Below are positions 37,820 through 50,182 of a stretch of DNA of 64,000 bases, piece by piece. Position 1 is the first letter of the stretch, and each line of letters starts with the position of its first letter. The stretch is from Mobula hypostoma (Eukaryota), in assembly GCF_963921235.1 (NCBI RefSeq), contig NC_086097.1, positions 62,994,001-63,058,000 of the forward strand, given 5' to 3'. The position numbers and the translations under genes are program-made. The notes beneath the pieces are model-generated. The model was not told the origin of the DNA. It did not search any database and saw only the letters and a program-made list of their open reading frames with translations.

Positions 37820-39915
37820 TAGACTGGAGCTGCTTTCAATGTACATTATTGACAGAAAGGAAAGATATGAAGCAGAATCCGTGGATGACACAGATATAGG
37901 CAGGAGGAAGGTACGTGGAGAATACAGACTGTTTACAGAGTGTCCTGATAGGTTAAGTGAGTGGGCTAAAAGTTGCCAAATAAATATATAGTAGAAAAAT
38001 GTAAAGCTGCTCACTTTTTGGAAGGAGGAATGAAAAAAAAGTTAACTATTTAAATGGTAAAAGACAGTAGAAAGCTGGATCTCATTGTCCATGTACATGA
38101 AGGACAGAATATGCAATTGGAAATCAGGAAGGTGAGTGAAATGTTGAGTATAAGGCTAAAGCAGTCTTCTACTCTAGGTAGATCACATCTAGAGTACCAT
38201 GCATTGCTCGGATCCATATTTTAAGGAAATAGACAGTTCAAAAGAAATAGGCAGTTCGGATGATTTTTGGATGTGGAGGGATTATCTTGTGAAACTAAAC
38301 TGGTTGCATCTGTACCCGTTAGAGTTTAGAAAAACGAGAGGCATTCTATAGAAACATGCATGATTCCCAGAGGGCTTGACAGGGTAAATGCTGAGAGAAA
38401 TTTTCCCCTCGTGGGAGAGTCCAGACCAAAAGGCATTGTCTCAGGATAACTGAGACCAATTGAAGTTTTTGAGGATATGACTAAACACATTAATGAAGGA
38501 AGAGCAGCAGATGTAGTGTACATGGATTTCAGCAAGGCATTTGATAAGGTACCCCATGCAAGGCTTATTGAGAAATTAAGGAGGCATGGGATCCAAGGGG
38601 ACATTGCTCTGTGGATCCAGAAATGGCTTGTCCACAGAAGGCAAATAGTGGTTGTAGACGGGTCATACTCTGCATGGAGGTCAGTGACCAGTGGTGTGCC
38701 TCAGGGATCTGTTCTAGGATGCTTACTCTTTGCGATTTTTATAAATGACCTGGATGAGGAATTGCAGGGATGGGTTAGTAAATTTGCTGATGACACAAAG
38801 GTGGAAGTTTTGTGGATAGTATGGAGGACTGTCAGAGGTTACAGTGGGACATTGATAGGATGCAAAACTGGACTGAGAAGTGGCAGATGGAGTTCAATGA
38901 AATAGTTCGTTTTGGTAGATCAAGTATGATGGCAGAATATAGTGTTAATAGTAAGACTCTTGGCAGTGTGGAGGATCAGAGGGATCTTGGGGTCCGAGTC
39001 CATAGGACGCTCAAAGCAGCTGAGCAGGTTGACGCTTGGTTAAGAAAGCATACGGTGTATTGGCCTTCATCAATCGTGAGATTGAGTTTAGGAGCCGAGA
39101 GGTAATGTTGCAGCTATATTGGATCCTGGACAGATCCCACTTGGAGTACTGTGCTCATTTCTGGTCACCTCACTACAGGAAGGATGTGGAAACCATAGAA
39201 AGGATGCAGAGGAGATTTACAAGGATGTTGCCTGGATTGGGGAGCATGCCTTATGAAAACAGGTTGAGTGAACTCGACCTTTTATCCTTTGGAACGACGT
39301 AGGATGAGAGGTGACCTGATAGATGTGTAAAAGATGATGAGAGGCATTGATCATGTGGATAGTCAGAGGCTTTTTCCTAGGACTGAAGTGGTTGCCACAA
39401 CTGGACACAGGTTTAAGGTGCTGGGGAATAGATACAGAGGAGATGGCAGGGGTAAGTTTTTTACTCAGGGAGTGGTGAGTGAGTGGAATGACCTGCTGGC
39501 AACGGTGGTGAAGGCGGATACGACAGGGTCTTTTAAGAGACTTTTGGATAGGTACATGGAGCTTAGAAAAATAGAGGGCTATGGGGAAGTCTAGTAATTT
39601 CTAAGGTAGGGACATGTTCGGCACAACTTTGTGGGCTGAAGGGCCTGTATTGTGCTGTAGGTTTTCTCTGTTTCTAACTGGCAAATATTTAAGACTGAGA
39701 TCAGGAAGAATTTCTTCTCTCAAAGAACCTTTCAAATTCCTTGTCTCAGAATGCTCAGAGGCTCAATCATTGAATTTATTCAAAGTTAAGATAGATTATT
39801 AATTAGAGGGGAAAAGAAGACAAGGAAGATTACATCAGCCCAGGAGTTTATTGAATTATAGAGAGGACTCAAGGAGTCAAAAGCTTTTATTCGGCTCCTA
39901 TTTCTTATGGTCTTA
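37820..39915 (+). mobile_element. Old CR1 3' region containing a younger CR1 (about 38445-39675)
   Basis: Peptides [57 protein letters not shown] and FFTQGVVSEWN. Confidence 0.92.
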
Positions 39916-40578
39916 TGATTTTATCCTGTCTCAGGTGACAAAAAAAAATTGTTGTTGTGAACAACACACTCAAAATGCTGGAGGAACTAAACAGGCCAGG
40001 CAGCATCTATGGAAAACAGTACAGTCGAGGTTTTGGGCCAAGACCCTTCCTCAGGACATTTTCTCTTGTTTATGATTGTTCTTGTGAATTTCTCTTAGTC
40101 ATAGAGTGTCATCGGCAATGATCTGGACTTTTAAGATGAAAAAAAATGTGTATTGTATAAGCAAAAACCATTTTTATTTGCTGCTCAACTCAGTGTAATA
40201 ATCTTGTTTCCAACTGTAAATCGAGCATTTTATCTTGGCATTCTGTGCTATGTTAAAGGAAGGTTGCATTAGTAGAGATGCTGAAATTTGTATTCTGATG
40301 TTAAGTCAACACCTCTGGCACAATTGCTGGTAGATCCATGAAACATTGAAATTTTCTTTTCTCATATTCACTTATACAGACATGGTATTATTAGCCCCAA
40401 ATAAAGAGAATATACACTGATTTATACACAGATTAGGCTTACTTAAAGGATTTTAGATCTGACTGTAATATAGGAATTCTCAAGTGTGCTGATCTACCCC
40501 ATAACTTGTATCACATCCATTCATCCAAATTTCTGAAAATAGATGTATTCCTCAGAATGAAGAATTAGTTGCAAAATA

Positions 40579-41219
40579 CAGTGAATTCCAGTTAATTGGG
40601 ACATATCGGGACCAGTACATTTTAGCCCAATTAAGCATCTGCCCTATTAACCAAAGTTTCATGGAAATAGTTAAAAAGATGTAAAAAGGCAACATTGCCA
40701 TTTAACTGAGTATCAAATCATGTATTGAAATGAAATACAGAACAAATTAGAACAATATGAATACTACTACAGAACATTAAAACTGTACATTAGTTCCTAA
40801 TAGTTATTGATGGAGGAATTCATCCAATGTACACTGCTGTCTTCTTTTAATGGACCGTAAGTGAGCAAAACCAACACATTACAGTGAGCAAAACAATTCT
40901 AAATTGTCTGACTGCTTATTTCTCACCATCTATCAGAGACAAAAATCACTGCTTTTTTACACAAGACACGCAACTGACTCTATTTAAAAGCTGTTCACTC
41001 TAAGCACGGTATAGTGTCTAATGACCGCACAAGTACACACAGCTGACAGTACTTAGAAACTATTTGGCAACATTCTCCTGCCCCAATTAAGTGGATTTGT
41101 GTCCCAAATAACCGAAGGGAATCCCAGCTATTTTCTCAATTAGTTTTTGTTCTTTAATAGTTGGCCCAGATAAGTAGCTGCCCTGATTAACCGATGGCTT
41201 AATCAATCAGAATCCACTG
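40579..41219. mobile_element. Non-autonomous Tigger/pogo-like DNA transposon, 641 bp
   Basis: TA at 40577-40578 and 41220-41221; imperfect TIRs CAGTGAATTCCAGTTAATTGGG / AATCAATCAGAATCCACTG; subterminal CCCAATTAA motifs. Confidence 0.75.
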
Positions 41220-41461
41220 TATTTCTCATTTCTCTCTACAGACACCAAAGACAAGGTATATTTATCAACAAAATTCTGAAATCCTTTCTTTCTTGCTTGT
41301 TCTATGTTTTTACATGCTGCCAGTTTGTTTTTTTTAAACATTATTTGAAACTACAATTGAATGTGAAATGGCAAACTGTACATATAAAACATCTGCTGTG
41401 CATTGCAAATGTATTGCATTGCCTTTTTGGAATCCGCCATCACTCCAAAGTTAGTTATGAA

Positions 41462-41675
41462 CAAGAGAAAATCTGCCGATGCTGGAAAACCAAGCAACAC
41501 ACACAAAATGTTGGGGAAATTCAACAAGTCAGGCATTATCTGTGGGAAAAAGTACAGTCAACGTCTCGGGGCGAGACCCGGTCCTGCCAAAGGGTCTCAA
41601 TTTGAAACGTCGACTACTTTTTCCCACAGATGCTGCCTGGCCTGCTGAGTTCCTCCAGCATTTTGTGTGTGTTGC
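41462..41675. mobile_element. Fold-back element made of two inverted Penelope terminal repeats
   Basis: Arms at about 41494-41579 and 41591-41675 are imperfect reverse complements, and each carries hammerhead remnants. Confidence 0.8.
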
Positions 41676-42579
41676 CAAAGTTAATTATATTCATTTGTCA
41701 TGGATCCAATTAAAAATTTTAGCTCTATGCTTCAATACAGATGTAAGTATTTGAAGAACAAGATTTGATCTCTTTGACCTTACCATCCTTTACTGGTACC
41801 AGTTGTATAATCCTGTAAAGACTAGACGGTTAATCAGATATGCTGTAAACTATAATAGCCATATCTTTCAGTTGTATACTTCCTCCCTCTCTCTCCTTTC
41901 CGGCCTTGTACTGAAAATTAGCCACTTATTGCAGAACTGATGACTAAAGCACTTCCTTAACAGGATTCCAGACTTCATGGAGAATGTCAGCAGGACTTCT
42001 CCCACCCATCCCCTGTTACTCCAATAGTAGAGCTGAACAAACAAGCAGGAGGGGTCTGCTTGGCTCCTTCTCCATAGATATGGTAGATAGTTGGAAAACA
42101 TTTTTTTAGATATTTAGTCCCTTCCTTTGAACTTCATATGTGCATCATCAGTGGATCTATAAATATACAGTTTCACAATAAATAATGGAAGTATGCCATC
42201 TTTGAACTGGACCAAACCATTATTTATATCATTCCAAGTCTCACTGAATATTCTTATAATATAATTCAAGTCTAATATATGTGGACACAGCTGTTGGTTA
42301 CTTCACATAAGCCATGATATTCTATTTTTATGATAAATTAGTTTTGTAAGCAGATGAAGAAATAAAAATGCAAAATCGTCAAAACACAGTTGCAACATAC
42401 GTCACAGATAGCATGATAAAGCTCTATAAAACTTTGGTTAGATCATACTAGGAGTATTTGGTTTGGTTCTGGTCACTTCACTATAGGTAGGATATCAAGA
42501 TTTACCAGGATGCTGCGCGGATCAGAAAGTATGTCTTATGAGGAGAGCTTGAGTTAATTAGGGCTTTTCTCCTTGGACG

Positions 42580-42904
42580 GGGAGAGAATTAGACCGGGTG
42601 GATCCAAGTGCAGAGGGGATAAAAGACCCAGATGGAATTGAATAAACAATCTATACTTGTGGATTAGTTAGTAGAGAACACCAGCTCAGGCTCGTGGATC
42701 ACTGCACACTTGTGAGGTAAATGCAAAACCGAGCAAAGACAAACAAATCAGATGTAACTTAAATAGACAAACAAAACAAGGCACATGTGCACTGATAACT
42801 AAAACAAGACATAGGTGAAAATAACTCAACTAATCATCCATGGAGGAGGAGCGTCAGACTCTAGAGAACTCTGGCACCTCCAGGTGATCAGACCAGGCAT
42901 GACA
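42580..42904 (-). mobile_element. Probable LTR remnant
   Basis: The minus strand begins TGTCATGCCTGGTCTG and contains CTGCACTTGGATCCACC, similar to both ends of the solo LTR at 32185-33466. Confidence 0.5.
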
Positions 42905-42969
42905 GGATATTTCTCCTACAGCTAGCACCTGACAGCCCAGGGCAATCTGGGTGGCAACAGTAGAAGTCA

Positions 42970-43380
42970 TTGGAATTTAGAAGAAAGTTGGGTATCTCAT
43001 TGAAACCTAACAAATGTTGAAAGGACTAGATAGTGTCGATGTGAAGAGGATGTTTCCTATGGTGGGGGTATCCAGAACTAGAGGGCATAGCCTCAAAATT
43101 GAGGAATGACCTTTTAGAACAGAGGTAAGGAGGAATTTTTTTAACCAGAGAGCAGTGAATCTGTGGAGCGCTCTGCCACAGGCTGTGGTGGAGACCAAAT
43201 CTATGGGTATATTTAAGACGGAAATTGATCTTTTCCTGATCGGTCAGGGCATCAAAGGATACGGCGAGAAGGCAGGTGTATGGGGTTGAGTGGGATCCAG
43301 GATCAGCCATGATGAATAGTGGAGCAGACTTGATGCACTGAATGGCCTAATTCTGTTCCTATGTCTTATAGTCTTATGGC
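42970..43380 (+). mobile_element. CR1 LINE 3' end
   Basis: RTRGHSLKI..NFFNQRAVNLWSALP region and a TCTTATAGTCTTATGG tail. A further CR1 piece lies at about 42400-42578. Confidence 0.88.
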
Positions 43381-43549
43381 CTAAGTCTCTGATCAAGTCC
43401 ATTTCCAGCATGTCACGGAAAAGAACCACAGCCGTGGCCCTCCATGATCAAGCAGTTCCAGTGGTTCCTGGGTTCAGCAAAATTCGACTGGAGATTTAAT
43501 TACTTCAGTTTCATCGCAGCAGCCCTTATTACCCTGACTAAAGAAACCT

Positions 43550-43712
43550 CCATCCCACCTAGACATCTAGACAGTGAAGATGCATACATCAGGATGTTCT
43601 TCATTGGCTACAGCAGGCATTCAACACAACTATTCCTCCAAAACTAATTAATAAGCTCCAAAACCTAGGCTCAATACCTCCGTGGGCAATTCAGTCCTCA
43701 GTTTCCTCATGT
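43550..43712 (+). mobile_element. Rex1/Babar-type RT fragment
   Basis: HLDSEDAYIRMFFIGYS followed by AFNT..KLINKLQNLG. Confidence 0.7.
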
Positions 43713-43820
43713 GCTGAAGCGATTGTAATGCACTATAAGTTCTATGCTTTCTACATAAGCCCAAGTGGAGTGTTGTACAAATTGCATTTTTCTTACTTGA
43801 AAGTGCATCAATTTTACATA

Positions 43821-45435
43821 CAGTGGCATGCAAAAGTTTGGGCACCCCAGTCAAAATTTCTGTTACTGTGAATAGTCAAGTGAGTAGAAGATGAACTGAT
43901 CTCCAAAAGTCATTAAGTTAAAGATGAAACATTCTTTTCAACTTTTTAAGCAAGATTAGTGTATTATTTTTGTTTTGTACAATTTTAGAGTGAAAAAAAG
44001 GAAAGGAGCACCATGCAAAAGTTTGGGCACCCCAAGAGATTTGCGCTCTCAAATAACTTTTACCAAGGTCTCAGACCTTAATTAGCTTGTTAGAGCTATG
44101 GCTTGTTCACAGTCATCATTAGGAAAGGCCAGGTGATGCAAATTTCAAAGCTTTATAAATACCCTGACTCCTCAAACTTTGTCCCAACAATCAGCAGTCA
44201 TTGGCTCCTCTAAGCAGCTGCCTAGCACTCTGAAAATTAAAATAAATAACGCCCACAAAACAGGAGGTTATAAGAAGATAGCAAAGGGTTTTAAGGTAGC
44301 CATTTTCTCTGTTCATAATGTAATTAAGAAATGGCAGTTAACAGGAATGGTGGAGGTAAAGTGAGGTCTGGAAGACCCAAGAAAACTTTTTGAGAGAACT
44401 GCTCGTAGAATTGCTGGAAAGGCAAATCAAAACCCTCATTTGACTGCAAAAAACCTTCAGGAAGATTTAGCAGACTCTGGAGTGGTGGTGCACTGTTCTA
44501 CTGTGCAGCGACACCTGCACAAATATGACCTTCATGGAAGAGACAACAGAAGAAAACCTTTCCTGTGTCCTTACTACAAAATTCAGCATCAGAGGTTTGA
44601 AAAGGAACATCTAAACAAGCCTGATGCATTTTGGAAACAAGTCCTGTGGACTAATGAAGTTAAAATAGAACTTTTTGGCTGCAATGAGCAAAGGTATGTT
44701 TGGAGAAAAAAGGGTGCAGAATTTCATGAAAAGAACACCTCTCCAACTGTTAAGCACGGGGGTGGATCGGTCATGCTTTGGGCTTGTGTTGCAGCCAGTG
44801 GCATGGGGAACATTTCACTGGTAGAGGGAAGAATGAATTCAGTTAAATACCAGCAAATTCTGGAAGTAAACATCATACCATCTGTAAAAAAGCTGAAGAT
44901 GAAAAGAGAATGGCTTCTACAACAGGATAAATGATCATAAACACACCTCAAAATCCACAATGGACTACCTCAAGAGGCACAAGCTAAAGGTTTTGCCATG
45001 GCCCTCACAGTCCCCCAATCCAATCATCATCGAAAATCTGTGGATAGACCTCAAAGAAGCAGTGCATGCAAGACGGCCAAAGAATCTCACAGAACTAGAA
45101 GCCTTTTGCAAGGAAGAATGGGCGAAAATCCCCCAAACAAGAATTGAAAGACTCTTAGCTGGCTACAGAAAGCGGTAACAAGCTGTGATACTTGCCAAAG
45201 GGGTTATTACTAAGTACTGACAATGCAGGGTACCCAAACTTTTGCTTTGGGCCCTTTTCTTTTTTTGTTATTTTGAAACTGTACAAGATGGAAATAAAAA
45301 AGTTTTCTTAAAATATTAAAGAAATGTGTCATCTTTAACTTTATGCCTTTTGGAGATCAGTTCATCTTCTACTCACTTAACTAATCACAGTAACAGAAAT
45401 TTTGACTGGGGTGCCCGAACCTTTGCATGCTACTG
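43821..45435 (+). mobile_element. Full-length Tc1-like (IR/DR type) DNA transposon, 1615 bp
   Basis: TA TSD at 43819-43820 and 45436-45437. TIRs of about 210 bp start CAGTGGCATGCAAAAGTTTGGGCACCCC, with inner direct repeats at about 44013 and 45228. Confidence 0.97.
44200..45220 (+). pseudogene. Tc1 DD34E transposase, inactivated
   Basis: The probable start is mutated to ATT. Motifs VLWTNEVKIELFG (first Asp changed to Asn), TVKHGGGSVMLW, QQD plus a frameshift, and WPSQSPNPIIIENLW. There are 34 residues between D and E after removing one extra A. In-frame stops are present. Confidence 0.95.
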
Positions 45436-47679
45436 TATGTTTCTGAGATGTCTGAAATAGTTTTGCTAAAATCTTATGGTTTGGAGCAATCCATTCGGTG
45501 AGCAAGAAATGACTTTCAGCTGCACTACCTAATTCCACTTATGGTTAAAGGAGCTGGTGTGATGAATTCAAAAAACTGGAAAATTTAAAGATCCGATGAG
45601 AAAGCAATTGGGAAAATATATGAAGACTTCAGTTCAGCATGAGAATAATGAGTGCATTATCTGCGTTATTTTTCTCTATTCTAGGCGATTCATGCAAGCT
45701 TTTCCATTAAGCTTCGAGCTATGTGAAGAACTGGATCAGTGGTGCTGGGATCATTCAGCATTATGCCCAAAGCCAAGTCGTATTACCTGTGGTGCGGGTT
45801 TGCAGTACATTCCCAACAATAAGCATGAGAAGATGGGCAGAATAAACTAGTACTTCATGAGAGGGAGCACAATGGTATTAGATAAGGAAATGTACAACAG
45901 AAAGTGCTTCTGGCCGGTTTTTCAGAGCCGTTTAGAAAAAATCAAATTTCAGAAAGGACCATTCAGTCAGTTAGTTAAATGTTCCATCAGTGCAAAGCTA
46001 GCATGGTAGAATTCTTGTTATTTTCACAGTTCTACAGTCTGGTTATTGGCTCAGTATTGCTCAGGCTTTATTGTAGGTTGATATCCTCCTTTCTGAATAA
46101 ATCCCTTTGTATTGCAAGGATGTGAGGTAACCAACAGATAATGAGACTGATAAATACTGATGAATAATGCTGTAAAGGTTCATTTGTGTATTATTATTCA
46201 TTTATTATCAAAGAAAGTGTGCAGTATACAACTCTGAGATTCATCTTCTCCAGATAACCGCAAAACAAAGAAAACCATGGAAGTCGTTCAAAGAAAAACA
46301 TCAACCCCACCCCCACAAAAAAACAAATCTCGCAAATGGCAACACAATCATCAACACCCCCATGCAAAAAATATCAAGCAAACAGCAACAAAAACATCAC
46401 CCCTCCCCACACACACAGAAAAACAAATCATGCAAATAGCAAGAAAAAACTGACAAATCATGCCAAACGCCAACAAGAAAGAACAGGCAAAAACACAGAC
46501 TATTTTAAAAATCATAAAACTGAAAGAGTAGTTAAGTATAATTAATCTGGTGAAATACCTGAAGTTTTACTTCAAAGTGTTAATGTTACATTCTATAGTG
46601 ACCCAACTGTAACAAAAACCTCACAGCATAAGTGCTCTATTTGTGTTTGTGTGGAACAAAGTAAAAATCTTCTGAGTATAGAGCAGCATTTTATGACCTA
46701 AGATTATCCTAATGCACTGTAGAACGAATGGGTTACTTCTAAAGTGCAGTTACCTTTGTTCTGAAAGAATCACAACAGACTGAGAAAGCAGATGCAATTT
46801 TGGTTTAAAGAGCATAACTCTGGGAGCCCAGAGCTTCCTCATTCTTGCACTCGTGTAGGAGCCTGGATTTGTGCTCAAGTCTCATCAACCATTCTAGTTC
46901 GCTCCCAAAACCACTTCTCCCCACCCCCCCATCTAACACATCACTGCACTGCACTGTAGACTCTACTTTTTAGAATACTGTTTACATGGTAAATACATGC
47001 TCATATTTATGCATATTTTATTCTATATCTGTCCTTTAATTTCTAACTTTATCTTTTATATAATTCTTTATAATTGTTGAATGTTACTGTTTCTTTGCTG
47101 CATGTTCTGCCTGACCAACAAACCACAGAAAATTCCTAATCCATGTAAATATATATGGCAAAAAATGTTGATCCTTAATCCTCGAAGTCACTGAAGGAAG
47201 ACTACAACCTACAGCCCTTTGATTCAACATTGTTAATAACCAACGGTTGTTGTCAGAGCAGCTCTGTCCGTTGAGAAAGCATCTATTTACTTTGTCAATG
47301 CCTTCAGATTCCATAGATGCAAATAACTTGCTTGAAATGAAGGCATCGTGATTTCCTTCAAGGAAACGAGTAAATCTTCAACGCATCTGTTACTGATCAT
47401 TGGTCAATTGTATAACAACAAGCAGAATTATTGCATCTTACCATTGGAAAAACCCAGGAACGCCACTTTTTCAGGAAATGCAGTTTATCAGCTGTGTCCC
47501 TATGTTTATGCAATGGAACATAGATGATGGTACCGGCTCTCAACTGCACTTGGACCAGAAAAAAAAGAGCTAAAAGCATGTAATATGAGTGCATAGGTTA
47601 GGTTGAAGAAAACAACTATTCCCTTTCTGTAACAAAGTGTAATAACTGCTCTCCTCTAAACACATGGTCCATTTCTTCA

Positions 47680-48048
47680 GCAAAACACATGAAATGGTGG
47701 AAGAACTCAATAAGTCAGACAGCATCTATGGGGGAAAATAAACAGTCAACGTTTTAGGCTGAGACCTTTCATCAGGTATGAAAAGGAAGGGGACAGAAGC
47801 AGAATAAGAAGTTGGGAGGAGGGGAAGGAGTACAAGCTGGTAGATGATAGGTGAAATCTGGTGAGGGAGAAGTGGAGATAATGTGAAAAGATGAGAGGTA
47901 ATAAGTGGAAGAGGCCAGTCATGTTGAAGGGTTTCTGCTCAAAACGTCGACTGTTTACTTCCCTCCATTGATACTGCCTTATCTGCTGAGTTCCTTTGTG
48001 TGTGTGTGTTGCTCCAGACTTCCAGCATCTGCAAAATCTCCTGTGTGC
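47680..48048. mobile_element. Penelope terminal repeats in inverted arrangement
   Basis: Minus copy at about 47680-47905 (GTCAACGTTTTAGGCTGAGACCTTTCATCAGG) and plus copy at about 47918-48048 (GAAGGGTTTCTGCTCAAAACGTCGACTG). Confidence 0.75.
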
Positions 48049-49679
48049 CTGTGGTCCAACTCTTTATTTCACTCCTTGCAGACAAGATACGTCGAGACAA
48101 TCCCTTTTACTCAGTTGGAGTTGTGTCTGAGGAAATGTTTGCGGTGTATCATGGGTGCACTTTGATATGCTCTCAGCTTCTTCCATTTCCATTAAATTCA
48201 ATCAAAAGAAGGCATTGAAAGCAATTGTCACACACGTTGGATTCTGGTGCTTAAATCCAAGATTCTTTTAGAAGTCAGAAACGAGGGAAAAAACTTGTTG
48301 CTTCACGATCATTTTATTAAGAGTTGATAGAGCAGAGAGAACAGGATCAGTGCAGTGACGGGGTGGGGAGGGGCCTGGGTGTCTTGTAACTTGAAGAAGA
48401 GAGGATCTAAAGCTGGTGCCAAGCATAAAACAGCACTCTTTATACCCAAAAGATGAGAAAATTCCATAGATAACAATAATTCAATTAGAAAATACTTAAT
48501 TAATACTGTAGTAAGATCAACCAATGAGAAACTACTAGCCACTTAATGAAAGAACAAAGAAGCTTTAGAATTATTCTTTACATAGCCATTAGAGGCACAT
48601 TAAAATGCTATGCATATAAAGACTATTTAAAATACAAGCAGATAATCAATTGTTAAACTGCAATGAAAATGACAATTAAACAGTTGGATTTAACGTATGA
48701 TACACATGAAGAAAGAAGAGCAAAGTACAGTTTTAGGAGATTGCTTTTCTACATGTAAAGTAAGAACGCCCTTTTAAGATGAGAAAGACTAATGCAATCT
48801 GCATGCAGGGTGCGAGAACAGGAAAGGAGTAAGGATCCGTCTGTGAACATTATTTATCAAGAGATTTGCAATGTTGATTGAGGTCTCAAATGTGCTAAGC
48901 AAGGAAATGCCATGGGGAGGGAACTGGAGCAGGAATTTCAGACTCTGCTGAGTGGGCAGAAAACAAATGAGCTGAGGAATTGAAGAGTTCCTGGTCTCTT
49001 CCATGCATCAACACAATAAGAAGTACATAAATTGGTAGAAATATTGCTGCCTTCTTGTGTTTATTAAAATATTCTTTTACCTTTAAATGTGAGAGCCCAT
49101 TACAGTTTTAACTTTTATACGACTGATTTCAACTATATTGTAACAGCAAATTGTGGATCTATAACAGAGGAAATTATATTGATGCAGTCCACCCACAATA
49201 ACAACAGCTGAGTGGGTGAAATAACACTGGGAGTGCACAGCTCAAGTAAATTAAAAACATGCAGTATTTGGATAGAAGTGGAAAACAAAGCCAGTGGAAA
49301 TCTATCTCTTCTCTGTAAAGAGATCAGTGGTATTATATTTTGTCTTTACACAGTTCACTTCAAAGTAGCATAATAAATGCTGTTTTTAAAAATTTCACAT
49401 CATTTCCAAAATCATCGTGGTGTATACTCGGTAACTTTACTAGTCTGTTCATAGTTCATCCAAGCTTAATGCTTACATATTAAGCCCTGATAATCAGAGC
49501 GAGATGCAGAGGAAGGGTAACAACCAAGAAACCTGGAAGGACTTTATTTTTCATACTGTTTCCAGATGCAGTCCATGAGATTGAGGGGGGAATGAGAAGG
49601 AAATTCAGAGATTATAATAGGATCTGGAGAATCAGAGATCACACATTTGGTGCAGACATCATCTTTTACACTTCATACC

Positions 49680-50182
49680 CCATGCAATGCAGAATGAGGC
49701 ATTTCAACCCATGCATCTATGCCACCACGCACAGCAATCTCATGCTCAACTAATGTCCCTTATAAACTAATTTACAATCACCTCAACTGCTCTATATGTT
49801 ACCCCTCGCCTACACACTTGGACAATCTACAGTACCCAATTAAGTTCAGAGTTCAAAGTACATTTATTATCAAAGTACATATATATCACCATGTCTAACC
49901 ATGAGATTCATATGACACGGTGACATATATATACAAGGGCAGTGGTGTTTCCATACCAGGTCATGATGCAACCAGTCAATATACTCTCCACCACACATCT
50001 ATAGACTTACCTACCTGCACGTCTTTGGAATGTGGGAAGAAACTGATCGACCCTGAGGGAAACCCATACAATCACGTGGAGAATGTGCAAACTTCGCACT
50101 GAGAGCACTGGAGCTTAGGATGAAACTGGGTTGCTAAAACTGTGTCGCAGTAACTCATCCAACTATTCCAGTGTGCCACCTA
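49680..50182 (-). mobile_element. V-domain SINE interrupted by Rex-type fragments (about 49845-50003)
   Basis: GTCTTTGGAATGTGGGAAGAAACTGATCGACCCTGAGGGAAACCCA is the reverse of the V-domain-like segment seen at about 2210-2250. Confidence 0.6.
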
